A stretch of 64,000 nucleotides of DNA from Verrucomicrobiia bacterium (GCA_963664225.1 OY760937.1:3840001-3904000); one strand, 5' to 3'; counted from the first letter of the stretch, positions 52,562-63,528 are shown. Made by a program: numbers and translations. Notes: generated by a model not told the origin, from the sequence alone.

Positions 52562-53071
52562 ATGCAAAGTTCAACTGAAATTGGCTACGATGCCAAAGGC
52601 GAAAGCGATGTGATCATTTCCCGCGTCGATGCGCTTTTAAATTGGTGCCGCAAGAACTCCTTGTGGCCCATGCCGATGGGACTGGCCTGCTGCGCCATCG
52701 AGTTGATGGGCACCGCCGCCAGCCGGTATGATATTTCCCGCTTTGGCGCTGAAGTGATGCGTTTTTCCCCAAGACAGTCCGATGTGATGATTGTCGCCGG
52801 CACGGTGACCTATAAAATGGCGCTGGCCGTCAAACGCATTTATTTGCAGATGGCGGCTCCCAAATATGTGATCGCGATGGGCGCCTGCGCCTCGACGGGC
52901 GGGATGTATCGCAGTTATTCGGTGCTCCAGGGGGTGGACAAAGTCATTCCAGTGGATGTGTATGTTGCGGGTTGCCCCCCGCGACCTGAGGCGTTGTTGG
53001 ACGCTCTTTTGAAATTGCAGGACAAAGTCTCACGGGAGCCGGTCATCCGCACACAGAAACAAGTGGCCTGA
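52562..53071 (+). CDS. nuoB: NADH-quinone oxidoreductase subunit B
   Basis: [28 protein letters not shown]. Confidence 0.97.
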   Translation: MQSSTEIGYDAKGESDVIISRVDALLNWCRKNSLWPMPMGLACCAIELMGTAASRYDISRFGAEVMRFSPRQSDVMIVAGTVTYKMALAVKRIYLQMAAPKYVIAMGACASTGGMYRSYSVLQGVDKVIPVDVYVAGCPPRPEALLDALLKLQDKVSREPVIRTQKQVA

Positions 53072-53084
53072 AAAATCACGCAAT

Positions 53085-53666
53085 ATGGCCGCCATCGATT
53101 TAGCAAACCAACTGCAAAAGCTTTTCCCGGGGATCATTGGCGCCCCTGGCGAATTTCGCGGGGAGGCCACGCTGGTGGTTTCCGATGCCCAAAAAATGGC
53201 GGATGTTTGCGCCCAGGCCCGCGATGCGCTGAAATTTGATTATCTGGTCGATATCTCCAGCGTGGACCGCTATGGGGACGATCCCCGGTTCTCGGTCGTT
53301 TACGAACTTTACAGCCACACTCACCACGAGTATTTGCGCCTCAAAACGGAGGTGTCCGAGGAAAAATCCGAGCTGCCCAGTGTGGCCGGACTCTGGAGTG
53401 GAGCGAATTGGCACGAGCGCGAGATTTTTGACATGATGGGCATTCGTTTTACCGGCCATCCGGATTTGCGGCGCATCATCATGTGGGAAGGCTATCCGCA
53501 TCATCCCTTGCTCAAGGATTTCCCGGTGGCGGGCAAGCCGACGGACCTGCCTGAGGTGGCCTTTTCCGAACCAGCCCCGATTGAAGGCGGCCCCTTCATT
53601 ACGGCGACGGGCACGGCCGACGCAGGCCAGCGTGAACCCCGGGCCCATGAAAGCGCGGCCGATTGA
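53085..53666 (+). CDS. nuoC: NADH-quinone oxidoreductase subunit C
   Basis: ANWHEREIFDMMGIRFTGHPDLRRI, HPLLKDFP. Confidence 0.97.
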   Translation: MAAIDLANQLQKLFPGIIGAPGEFRGEATLVVSDAQKMADVCAQARDALKFDYLVDISSVDRYGDDPRFSVVYELYSHTHHEYLRLKTEVSEEKSELPSVAGLWSGANWHEREIFDMMGIRFTGHPDLRRIIMWEGYPHHPLLKDFPVAGKPTDLPEVAFSEPAPIEGGPFITATGTADAGQREPRAHESAAD

Positions 53667-53689
53667 CAGGCCCCAACAACAAAAGCGCG

Positions 53690-54940
53690 ATGCCAACCGT
53701 TCAAGAACACCAATTTGCAGACGCCGCAAGAGCCGAGTCGGCGCAGAATTTCGCTCTGCCCGAACCGCTCGGCGAGAAAATGGTCCTCAACATGGGGCCG
53801 TCTCATCCCGCCACGCACGGCGTGCTGCGGATCGTTCTCGAACTCGACGGCGAGGAGATTCTCAAGGCGACCCCGGATATTGGTTATTTGCACCGCGGTG
53901 ATGAAAAGATCGCGGAGAATATGACCTACACGCAGTTTATTCCCTACACCGACCGCCTGGACTACCTGGCGCCGCTGGCCAATAACGTGGCCTATGCGCT
54001 GGCGGTGGAGAAACTGCTGGGAATCGATAAAAAGCTGACCGAGCGCTGCCAATACATCCGGGTCATCTGCTGTGAAATGGCGCGCATTTCCTCGCATTTG
54101 CTGGGGTTGGGCTGTTACGCCATGGATTGCGGGGCCATGACCGTGTTTTTGCATACGTTTACGGAGAGGGAGAAGATTTATAATTTGTGTGAGTCGCTGA
54201 CGGGGGCGCGATTTACGACCAGTTACACACGGATTGGAGGGCTATCTCGCGATTTACCAACAGGTTGGACCGATCAACTGCGGCGATTTCTCGAAGAAGT
54301 GGTGGTTGTGGTGGAGGATGTGGATAAGATGCTCACGCGCAACAGGATATTCGTGGATCGCACCCGAAATGTGGGGGTGATCACGCGCGGTCAAGCGGTT
54401 GACTACGGGTTGACCGGGCCGAATCTTCGCGCCAGCGGCGTGGACCACGATTTGCGCAAGTCCAATCCCTATCTCTGTTACCCTGAGCTTTCGTTCGATG
54501 TGCCGACTGGCACGGCAGGTGATTGCTATGAGCGTTACCTGGTGCGCATGGAGGAACTCCGCCAGAGCGTGCGGATTCTGCACCAATGCCTGGATCAGCT
54601 CCCCGGAGGACCGATCAACGTGGCCGACAACAAGATTGTCCTGCCGCCCAAGGAAAAGGTGCTCACCCGGATGGAGGAATTGATCCACCAGTTCATGCTG
54701 GTGACCGAGGGGGTGAATGCGCCTCCCGGCGAGATTTATTTTGGCGCTGAGAATCCGAAGGGGGAACTGGGCTTTTATATTTGCAGCAAGGGCGGGGGAA
54801 CGCCTTTCCGCCTGAAGATCCGTTCGCCCTCATTTGTATCCATCAGCGTCTTGCAGCATCTGCTGCCGGGCCACATGATCAGCGACGTGACGGCCATTCT
54901 GGGATCGTTGGATTTTGTGATGGGAGAATGTGACCGTTAA
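53690..54940 (+). CDS. nuoD: NADH-quinone oxidoreductase subunit D
   Basis: NMGPSHPATHGVLR, GYLHRG.EK, DRLDY, GECDR. Confidence 0.98.
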   Translation: MPTVQEHQFADAARAESAQNFALPEPLGEKMVLNMGPSHPATHGVLRIVLELDGEEILKATPDIGYLHRGDEKIAENMTYTQFIPYTDRLDYLAPLANNVAYALAVEKLLGIDKKLTERCQYIRVICCEMARISSHLLGLGCYAMDCGAMTVFLHTFTEREKIYNLCESLTGARFTTSYTRIGGLSRDLPTGWTDQLRRFLEEVVVVVEDVDKMLTRNRIFVDRTRNVGVITRGQAVDYGLTGPNLRASGVDHDLRKSNPYLCYPELSFDVPTGTAGDCYERYLVRMEELRQSVRILHQCLDQLPGGPINVADNKIVLPPKEKVLTRMEELIHQFMLVTEGVNAPPGEIYFGAENPKGELGFYICSKGGGTPFRLKIRSPSFVSISVLQHLLPGHMISDVTAILGSLDFVMGECDR

Positions 54941-54964
54941 AGGGTTCAGGGAATATCGCACGAC

Positions 54965-55450
54965 ATGAGTTTCGAAATACCAGAAAAACTCGGAGCGGAG
55001 ATTGACGAACTGATCGGGCATTACCCGCAGAAACGCAGCGCGGCCCTGATGGTGCTGCACGCCTTGCAGGATCATTTTGGGTTCATATCCGATGAAGCGA
55101 TGGAATGGTCCGCCACCAAGCTGCAGGTGGAGCCGATCTCCATCTATGAAGTGGTCACTTTTTATCCGATGTTCCGCCGGGCGCCGGTTGGGCGGTATCA
55201 TTTAAAAGTCTGCCGGACGCTGAGTTGCGCGCTGGCCAATTCACACCAATTGCAGGCGCATTTGTGCGGCAAGCTCGGCCTGGATTCCCACGCGCACGGC
55301 CTCCAGACGACAGCCGACGGCAAGTTCACGGTCGAATTTGTCGAATGTCTCGCCGGTTGCGGCAGCGGGCCGATCATGATGTGCAATGATATTACGCATG
55401 AACGGGTTACACCTGAGAAAGCGGATGAGATTCTTGCGAAATGCCCATGA
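54965..55450 (+). CDS. nuoE: NADH-quinone oxidoreductase subunit E
   Basis: VVTFYPMF, VCRTLSC, ECLAGC. Confidence 0.96.
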   Translation: MSFEIPEKLGAEIDELIGHYPQKRSAALMVLHALQDHFGFISDEAMEWSATKLQVEPISIYEVVTFYPMFRRAPVGRYHLKVCRTLSCALANSHQLQAHLCGKLGLDSHAHGLQTTADGKFTVEFVECLAGCGSGPIMMCNDITHERVTPEKADEILAKCP

Positions 55451-55486
55451 AAATCCGCCTGAAAAAACAACAGTTTGAGGTTGAAG

Positions 55487-55560
55487 TGGCTGCCGAACAT
55501 GGATTTGAACCATGACAAACAGATCCAGAGTCTGTTGTGCTACCGTTACACCATTCGGCA
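55487..55560 (-). tRNA. tRNA-Gln(CTG)
   Basis: Minus strand TGCCGAATGGTGTAACGGTAGCACAACAGACTCTGGATCTGTTTGTCATGGTTCAAATCCATGTTCGGCAGCCA: 7-bp acceptor stem, anticodon arm ACAGA-CTCTGGA-TCTGT, T-loop TTCAAAT, encoded CCA. Confidence 0.97.
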
Positions 55561-55574
55561 AACAACCGAGGCAC

Positions 55575-55602
55575 AGCTTAGATTTTTTATCGACGGAGTC
55601 AA
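55575..55602 (-). promoter_or_regulatory. sigma70 promoter of tRNA-Gln (antisense to nuo)
   Basis: Minus strand TTGACT-N16-TAAGCT ending 14 nt before the tRNA 5' end. Confidence 0.7.
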
Positions 55603-55634
55603 GCCCCTCGCTTGAGACCGACGCACAATAATTT

Positions 55635-57071
55635 ATGCCCGAGGAATATCGCCTGATTTTAAAGCACGTTGACGAGCCGGGCTACACGACGGACATCGAA
55701 TGCTATTTGCGGCATGGCGGCTACGCCACGCTGACGCGGGCGCTCACCGTCGAACCGGTGGCCACGGGCGCGGGAGAGCCGCTGTCGGCTCCGGCGCAGA
55801 TTCGTCAGGAAGTGAAGATTTCCGGTCTGCGGGGTCGTGGCGGCGCGGGATTTCCCTGCGGCACCAAGTGGTCGTTCATCGATCCCAAGACCACCAAACC
55901 CGTTTATCTGATCTGCAACGCGGATGAATCGGAGCCGGGCACATTCAAGGATCGCCAGATCATTTACAAGGATCCCCACCAGCTCATCGAGGGGATGATC
56001 CTGTCCTGCTACGCGAACAACGTTCACCTGGCCTATATCTACATTCGCGGCGAATTTGTGGAGGGGGCACGCATTCTCAATCGCGCGTTGAGCGAGGCGC
56101 GGTCGAAGAACTATCTCGGCAAAAACATTCTCGGCAAAGGCTACGATCTCGAGATTCACGTTCATCGGGGCGCGGGCGCGTATATTTGCGGCGAGGAAAC
56201 CGGCCTCATCGAGTCTCTGGAAGGCAAGCGTCCGTACCCACGGATCAAACCGCCTTATTTTCCGGCGGTGATGGGCCTCTACCTGTGCCCCACCATCGTC
56301 AACAACGTGGAAACGCTTTGCGCGGTCCGACATATCCTCGAAATGGGTGGTTCGGAGTATGCCAAACTGGGAACACGCACGGACCCGGGCACGCGCATCA
56401 TCAGCGTCAGCGGCCATGTCAAAAATCCCGGATACTTCGAGATTCAGATCGGGCAGTTCACGCTGGGACAGATCATCAACGATCTGGCGGGCGGATTGCG
56501 CGATGGGCATACCCTCAAGGCGGTCATTCCCGGTGGTTCCTCGGCCAAGATTCTGAAGGCCGGTGAAAAGTACAAGCTCAAAATCAAGAAGGCCGATGGC
56601 AAGGAAGACGAGCGCGAAGTCGGTCTGATGGATTTGCCCTACGATGCGGATTCCCTTCAGGCGGCTGGGTCGATGGGCGGTTCCGGCGCGATCATCGTGA
56701 TGGACGATTCCACCGACATGGTCGCCGCCCTGGCCAACATCAGCGCCTTTTACGCGCATGAAAGCTGCGGCCAATGCACGCCGTGCCGCGAGGGATCGCT
56801 GTGGATGAGCAAGGCACTGAACCGGTTGAGCAGTGGCGATGGGGGACGCAAACAGGATGCCGATTACCTGCTGCACATCGCCAATAACATTCCCGGCGGC
56901 CGCACCATTTGCGCCTTTGGCGAGGCGTGTTCCTGGCCGGTCCAAAGTTTCCTGGCCAAGTTCAAAGGCGAATTCGAAGCCAGAGGGGCTGCGGCTGAAG
57001 CCAGAGGGGCTGCGGCCGAAGTCAGCCGGGCTGCCGACGCCAAAACGGCGGAACCGACGCCTCACGCTTAA
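55635..57071 (+). CDS. nuoF: NADH-quinone oxidoreductase subunit F
   Basis: GLRGRGGAGF, NADESEPGTFKDR, YICGEET, ESCGQCTPCREG. Confidence 0.98.
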   Translation: MPEEYRLILKHVDEPGYTTDIECYLRHGGYATLTRALTVEPVATGAGEPLSAPAQIRQEVKISGLRGRGGAGFPCGTKWSFIDPKTTKPVYLICNADESEPGTFKDRQIIYKDPHQLIEGMILSCYANNVHLAYIYIRGEFVEGARILNRALSEARSKNYLGKNILGKGYDLEIHVHRGAGAYICGEETGLIESLEGKRPYPRIKPPYFPAVMGLYLCPTIVNNVETLCAVRHILEMGGSEYAKLGTRTDPGTRIISVSGHVKNPGYFEIQIGQFTLGQIINDLAGGLRDGHTLKAVIPGGSSAKILKAGEKYKLKIKKADGKEDEREVGLMDLPYDADSLQAAGSMGGSGAIIVMDDSTDMVAALANISAFYAHESCGQCTPCREGSLWMSKALNRLSSGDGGRKQDADYLLHIANNIPGGRTICAFGEACSWPVQSFLAKFKGEFEARGAAAEARGAAAEVSRAADAKTAEPTPHA

Positions 57072-57088
57072 ACTGGAATAACAATCAC

Positions 57089-58771
57089 ATGTCCACCGCT
57101 CCAGCATCGAATCCAGCCCCGGCCGGCATCACCGTCAAAGTGAATGGCAAGCCGGTCGAGATGCCCCGCACCACGCCCCATCCGGTGACCGGTCAGCCCA
57201 CGCCCACCACGATGATCCAGGCCTGCGAGGTCGTGGGGGCGATGGTGCCGCATTATTGCTACCATCCCAAACTGCCAGTGGCGGGCAATTGCCGCATGTG
57301 CCTCGTGGAATACGGCACACCGGCGCTGGGCCCGGACCGCAAACCGGTCCTGAATCCCGATGGCACGCCCATGATCAACAAGGCGCGCAACCCGGCCATC
57401 GCCTGCGCCACGCCCATTTCACCGGGAATGGAGATTTACACGGACACCCCGAACGTCAAGGCGATGCGCGAGGGGGTGCTGGAGTTTCTGCTGATCAACC
57501 ATCCGCTGGATTGCCCGATTTGCGATCAGGCCGGGGAATGCAAGTTGCAGGAATACTCGGTGGATTACGGACAGGGCGCGAGCCAGTTCGCGGAGGAAAA
57601 GGTTCACAAGCCCAAGCAGTTTGACCTAGGGCCGCGGATCATGCTCGATGACGAGCGCTGCATCCTGTGCTCCCGGTGCATCCGGTTCACACGCGATATT
57701 GTAGGGGACGACGCGCTGGGATTCATCAATCGCGGCAGTTACAACACGCTCACGCGGTATCCCAACCGGACGTTCGATAATAATTACACGCTCAACACGG
57801 TGGACATCTGTCCCGTGGGGGCGCTGACCTCGAAGGATTTTCGTTTTCAGATGCGCGTCTGGTTCCTCAAGGAAACGCGCAGCATCTGCACGAGTTGCGG
57901 CACGGGTTGCAGTATCGTGATCGGATCGCGCGAGAATAAAATTCTGCGTTATGTGCCGCGCGACAACGACGCGGTCAATTCCTCCTGGATGTGCGACAGC
58001 GGACGCCTCAATTACAAATGGGTCGGCCGGGAGGATCGCCTGGTCAAGGTTCAGAAAAAATCGCCCAACGCGCTGGCCCAGCCGGTTTCGTGGCGCTCCG
58101 CCGTGGAGGAGATCGGCCAAATCATGCGTGTGGCGCTGCCGGGTACCGTGGCCATCATTGCGTCGGCGAGGCAATCCAACGAGGAGCTTTTCCTTTTGTC
58201 CAGGCTGGCTCAAAAATGGTCCGCGGTCACCGATTCGCTTCCCCGCCGGGGTGAGGCGGACAAATTATTGGTGAACGCGGATAAGAATCCCAACACGAAC
58301 GGCGCGCGAATCATGGGGCTCGCGCCGGAGGTGCCGGGTTCCAATATCGAGGTGATCAAAACGGGCATCACGGCCGGAACCATCAAGGTCATGATCGTCG
58401 CGGGCGACAACATTGCATCGGTTATTGAACCGGCGATTTTAGGAAAGCTGGAGGCGCTCATCGTGACGGACATCCTGCCCAATGCGACGACCGCGCTGGC
58501 CCATTACCTCCTGCCCGGTTGCGCGCACGCGGAGAAGCGGGGGACGTTCATCAATGTGAAAGGCCGGCTGCAGAAGTTTCTCAAGGCGGTGGAAGCGCCG
58601 GGAGAGGCGAGGCCGGAGATTGAGTTTTTACGGGAAATCATCGAGCGCGCCACGGGCGAGACCCTGCCTGCGGACATCGAGGGGCTATTCAACATGATGG
58701 CCCGCGAGGTGCCCGCGTTGAAGGGGATCACCTGGGCCTCTGTGGGCGAAACGGGAGTGAACGTGAGTTGA
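57089..58771 (+). CDS. nuoG: NADH-quinone oxidoreductase subunit G (short form)
   Basis: YCYHP..AGNCRMC, HPLDCPICDQAGECKLQ, RCILCSRC, CTSCGTGC. Confidence 0.95.
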   Translation: MSTAPASNPAPAGITVKVNGKPVEMPRTTPHPVTGQPTPTTMIQACEVVGAMVPHYCYHPKLPVAGNCRMCLVEYGTPALGPDRKPVLNPDGTPMINKARNPAIACATPISPGMEIYTDTPNVKAMREGVLEFLLINHPLDCPICDQAGECKLQEYSVDYGQGASQFAEEKVHKPKQFDLGPRIMLDDERCILCSRCIRFTRDIVGDDALGFINRGSYNTLTRYPNRTFDNNYTLNTVDICPVGALTSKDFRFQMRVWFLKETRSICTSCGTGCSIVIGSRENKILRYVPRDNDAVNSSWMCDSGRLNYKWVGREDRLVKVQKKSPNALAQPVSWRSAVEEIGQIMRVALPGTVAIIASARQSNEELFLLSRLAQKWSAVTDSLPRRGEADKLLVNADKNPNTNGARIMGLAPEVPGSNIEVIKTGITAGTIKVMIVAGDNIASVIEPAILGKLEALIVTDILPNATTALAHYLLPGCAHAEKRGTFINVKGRLQKFLKAVEAPGEARPEIEFLREIIERATGETLPADIEGLFNMMAREVPALKGITWASVGETGVNVS

Positions 58772-58775
58772 GTGT

Positions 58776-60896
58776 ATGACACGAAACTTACTTAATAATG
58801 CAGGGTTTTGGAATACGAAAAGGACACCCTCACCCCGTACCCTCTCCCTCTGGCGAGGGAGAGGGAGAAGAGTTGCGGGGACGGTGCGCTGGAGAAATGC
58901 AGATGCGCAGGGCGAACGAATGGTTGCTTTTGGGAAGCGAACGGGACAATTTGTGACGCCCCTACAGGGCTTTCTTTATTGGAGTGAACGTTACCTGGGC
59001 CTCCGCTCGCGGACTCGCTCCAGCCCAGGCTGTAATATTACGGCCCTTCGGGCCTGGGACTCGCATCCATCGTTGCTGGACAATACCATGTTCAGCCCGG
59101 ACCATAACATTAAGACCGTTCGGGCCAATACGGGTTTCGGGCGAGAGAGTGGGATCGCGGGGACGGCGTGCAGAGGACTGCCCGCCCTACCACGAACTCT
59201 CCCGGGTCATGCCCATTCAAGTTTGGAGCGAGAGAGTGGGATCGCGGGGACGGCGCGCGGGGGGGAATGTGGACGCGGGGCGCGGACGGATGATTTCATT
59301 TGCGAAGCGATAGGGAATACGAAAAGGTCACCCTCACCCCGTACCCTCTCCCTCTGGCGAGGGAGAGGGAGAAGAGTCGCGGGGACGGTGCATTCAACTG
59401 AGCGTGTCCGTATTGCCATTCCGCAAGCCGATGGCTGGAATATTAAAGGAAACCCCTCTCTCCGGCTCTCTCCCCGCTCGTGCCTCGCAGGGCGAGAGGG
59501 AAGAATTGCGGGGACGTTGCGCTTGGGAAATGCGGATGCGCAGGGCGGACGAATTGTTGCTTTTGGGAAGCGAACGGGACAATTTGTGACGCCCCTGCAG
59601 GGCTTTTTTTATTGGAGCGAACGTTACCTGGGCCTCCGCTCGCGGACTCGCTCCAGCCCAGGCTGTAATATTACGGCTCTTCGGGCCTGCGACTCGCATC
59701 CATCGTTGCTGGACAATACCATGTTCAGCCCGGACCATAACATTAAGACCGTTCGGGCCAATACGGGTTTGGGGCGAGAGAGTGGGATCGCGGGGACGGC
59801 GTGCAGAGGACTGCCCGCCCTACCACGAACTCTCCCGGGTCATGCCCATTCAAGTTTGGAGCGAGAGAGTGGGATCGCGGGGACGGCGTGCGGGGGGGAA
59901 TGTGGACGCGGGGCGCGGACGGATGATTTCATTTGGGAAGCGATAGGGAATACGAAAAGGACTCCCTCACCCCGTACCCTCTCCCTCTGGCGAGGGAGAG
60001 GGAGAAGAGTTGCGGGGACGGTGCATTCAACTGAGCGTGTCCGTATTGCCATTCCGCAAACCGATGGCTGGAATATTAAAGGAAACCCCTCTCTCCAGCT
60101 CGCTCCCCGCTCGTGCCTCGCAGGGCGAGAGGGAAGAATTGCGGGGGCGGCGCGTTTGGGAAATGCGGATGCGCAGGGCGGACGAATGGTTGCTTTTGGG
60201 AAGCGAACGGGACAATTTGTGACGCCCCTACAGGGCTTTTTTTATTGGAGCGAACGTTACCTGGGCCTCCGCTCGCGGACTCGCTCCAGCCCAGGCTGTA
60301 ATATTACGGCCCTTCGGGCCTGGGACTCGCATCCATCGTTGCTGGACAATACCATGTTCAGCCCGGACCATAACATTAAGACCGTTCGGGCCAATACGGG
60401 TTTCGGGCGAGAGAGTGGGATCGCGGGGGCGGCGTGCAGAGGACTGCCCGCCCTACCACGAACTCTCCCTGGTCATGCTCATTCAAGTTTGGAGCGAGAG
60501 AGTGGGATCGCGGGGGCGGCGTGCAGAGGACTGCCCGCCCTACCACGAACTCTTCCGGGTCATGCCCATTCAGGTTTGGGGCGAGAGAGTGGGATCGCGG
60601 GGACGGCGTGCAGAGGACTGCCCGCCCTACCACGAACTCTCCCTGGTCATGCCCATTCAAGTTTGGAGCAAGAGAGTGGGATTGCGGGGACGGCGTGCAG
60701 AGGACTGCCCGCCCTACCACGAACTCTCCCTGGTCATGCCCATTCAAGTTTGGAGCGAGAGAGAGAAGAGAAGGACGCCGCGATCATTCATTTGCTTGAG
60801 GCTATTTGTTCCTTATACTTACCATATTGTTGTAAAGGAATGAATCGATTGCCGATGATTTTTGTCATGCGTCTCAACCCGATAATTGGATTGTGA
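58776..60896 (+). other. 706-codon stop-free frame spanning the repeat array from nuoG to nuoH; not a recognisable protein
   Basis: ATG 4 nt after the nuoG stop; TGA overlaps the nuoH GTG (GTGA). Confidence 0.5.
58811..60765 (+). repeat. Composite array of REP-like hairpin modules: 633-bp higher-order period plus four terminal 87-bp tandem copies
   Basis: Shared anchor GCGGGG(A/G)CG at 58875, 59157, 59244, 59379, 59508, 59790, 59877, 60012, 60141, 60423, 60510, 60597, 60684; modules of 282, 87, 135 and 129 bp. Confidence 0.95.
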
Positions 60897-61912
60897 ACGA
60901 ATTTATCATTTTTAGCGCGGTCAAGGTCGTGGTCGTCATCTCGATGGTGCTCTTTATGGTGTCGTACACCGTGGTGGCGGAGCGGCGGGTGTCGGCCTGG
61001 ATTCAAGACCGGATGGGGCCCAACCGGGTGGGACCGTGGGGTCTGCTCCAACCCGCAGCCGACGCCGTCAAGGCCTTCCTCAAGGAAGACTATGTGCCGG
61101 GTCATGTGCGCAAAGTGTTTTTCTGGCTGGCGCCGGCCATTGTGATGTTGCCCGGGCTGATCACCGTGGCGGTCATTCCGTTTGGATCGAACCTGCGCGG
61201 TGAGCCGATGGTGATTGCGGATTTAAACATCGGCATTCTCTACACGTTCGGCATCGTCTCGCTGGGGGTATATGGGATTGTCCTCGCCGGATACGCCTCG
61301 AACTCGAAATACCCGTTTTTGGGCGGCATCCGGTCCACGGCCCAGCTCATCTCGTATGAAATTGCCATGGGATTGTCGGTCATTCCGCTTTTCATGATTG
61401 TGGGCAGTCTCAATCTGAGCCAGGTGGTGGGTTATCAGGCGGGCGGTTTCACCAATTGGCTGGTCTGCAAGGCCCCGTTGTCGTTCATCATCTTTCTGGT
61501 GGCGGCATTTGCGGAAACCAACCGTCTGCCCTTCGATTTTCCAGAGGCGGAGAACGAATTGGTGGCGGGCTACAACACCGAGTTTGGCTCGATGAAATTC
61601 GCGATGTTTTTCATGGGCGAATACGCGAACATGATCGCCGTCTCAGCCATGATGGTGACGCTGTTCTTTGGGGGATGGACGCTCCCGTTGTTCGGGCTGG
61701 ACCAGCCTGCAACCTCGCTGTTTGTGGGTTTGCTGCATATCGCGATCTTCCTCACCAAGCTGGGCGCGTTCCTGGTTCTGATCATCTGGGTGCGGTGGAT
61801 GTGGCCGCGGTTCCGGTTCGATCAACTCATGGACCTGGGCTGGCGGCGGTTTATACCACTGGCGCTGGCGAACCTTCTTATAACGGCGGTGGTTCTGTGG
61901 GCCATTCATTAA
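60893..61912 (+). CDS. nuoH: NADH-quinone oxidoreductase subunit H
   Basis: ERRVSAWIQDRMGPNRVG, AETNRLPFD.PEAE.ELVAG, PRFRFDQLM. Confidence 0.98.
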   Translation: MNEFIIFSAVKVVVVISMVLFMVSYTVVAERRVSAWIQDRMGPNRVGPWGLLQPAADAVKAFLKEDYVPGHVRKVFFWLAPAIVMLPGLITVAVIPFGSNLRGEPMVIADLNIGILYTFGIVSLGVYGIVLAGYASNSKYPFLGGIRSTAQLISYEIAMGLSVIPLFMIVGSLNLSQVVGYQAGGFTNWLVCKAPLSFIIFLVAAFAETNRLPFDFPEAENELVAGYNTEFGSMKFAMFFMGEYANMIAVSAMMVTLFFGGWTLPLFGLDQPATSLFVGLLHIAIFLTKLGAFLVLIIWVRWMWPRFRFDQLMDLGWRRFIPLALANLLITAVVLWAIH

Positions 61913-61955
61913 CAAAAGCGTGATGACTAACCATCCAATGATGCGAACGAGGACC

Positions 61956-62103
61956 AGGAGAGGGAGAAGAATCGCGGGGACGGCGCGCGGTGGGCGGACG
62001 CATGATTTCATTTTGGAAGCGAGCGGGAATATGAAAAGGACTCCCTCACCCCGTACCCTCTCCCTCTGGCGAGGGAGAGGGAGAAGGGTCGCGCGGACGG
62101 CGT
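61956..62103 (+). repeat. Second copy of a REP-like module between nuoH and nuoI
   Basis: Anchors at 61974 and 62091 (117 bp, the 135-bp module minus 18 nt); CCCTCACCCCGTACCCTCTCCCTCTGGCGAGGGAGAGGG hairpin. Confidence 0.9.
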
Positions 62104-62209
62104 TCGTGGGGGAATGCCCGCGCTGCCACGCATTGCCGGGCGGTCGGCATTCTCTCATTCGATCGAGTACGTCTGCTATTCCTGCATTCTTTCGCAGCTC
62201 ATTCATGCC

Positions 62210-62710
<501 letters not shown>

Positions 62711-62716
62711 TCACCC

Positions 62717-63229
62717 ATGCAGGACTTATCCCCACTTCTATTTTATTTGTTCGCAGGACTGACGCTCCTGTGCGGCCTGCTGGTCGTGGCCAATCCCAGC
62801 CGCAATCCGGTCAACAGCGCCATGTTCCTGGTGCTGACCATTGTTTCGATGGCGGGTCTGTTTGTATTGCTGCACGCGTTCTTCCTGGCCGCGATCCAGG
62901 TTCTGGTTTATGCGGGCGCGGTGGTGGTGCTCTTTCTATTCGTGATCATGTTTTTAAACCTCAAGGAGGAGGAGCGCCGACCGATACGCTGGATGGCGAT
63001 CGGCACGGGCGTGCTGGTGGCCGGGTCGGTGGCCTGCCTGATCTTGTGCGTGGTGTCCGGTGTGACCGCGCATCCGCTGGCGGGAGCAGCGCCGGTGGAG
63101 GGTGAGACCATTCCGCTGGGCCGGGTGCTCTACACGCAATTTCTGCTGCCCTTTGAAATCACCTCGGTGCTGTTGCTCGTGGCGGTGATCGGCGTGGTGC
63201 TGTTGAGCAAAAAGGAGATAAAAGCATGA
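62717..63229 (+). CDS. nuoJ: NADH-quinone oxidoreductase subunit J
   Basis: [35 protein letters not shown]. Confidence 0.96.
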   Translation: MQDLSPLLFYLFAGLTLLCGLLVVANPSRNPVNSAMFLVLTIVSMAGLFVLLHAFFLAAIQVLVYAGAVVVLFLFVIMFLNLKEEERRPIRWMAIGTGVLVAGSVACLILCVVSGVTAHPLAGAAPVEGETIPLGRVLYTQFLLPFEITSVLLLVAVIGVVLLSKKEIKA

Positions 63230-63528
63230 TCGGTCTCAACCATTACCTGATTGTCAGCGCGCTGCTGTTTTGCCTGGGCCTCTTCGGGGTGCTGGTGCGC
63301 CGCAATCTGCTGACCATTTACATGTCGCTCGAATTGATGCTCAACGCCGCGAATCTGGCGGTGGTTGCCTTTTCCCACTTCAACCGGAACCTCGATTCGC
63401 AGGTGCTGGTGTTCTTCATCATCACGGTGGCGGCGGCGGAGGTGGCGGTGGGCCTGGCGCTGATCGTCGCGTTGTTCCGTCAGCGTCAAACCGCCGAAGT
63501 GGAGGATCTGACCTCAATGAGGCTCTAG
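63226..63528 (+). CDS. nuoK: NADH-quinone oxidoreductase subunit K
   Basis: [25 protein letters not shown]. Confidence 0.97.
   Translation: MIGLNHYLIVSALLFCLGLFGVLVRRNLLTIYMSLELMLNAANLAVVAFSHFNRNLDSQVLVFFIITVAAAEVAVGLALIVALFRQRQTAEVEDLTSMRL

Noticed and set aside
58811..60765. CRISPR array
   Set aside because: Inter-anchor segments are 87-282 bp and themselves repeated, the anchor is short and degenerate, and no cas genes are present
58776..60896. Conventional 706-aa protein-coding gene
   Set aside because: Translation of palindromic repeats with no domain and many radical substitutions between copies; kept only as a possible translational bridge
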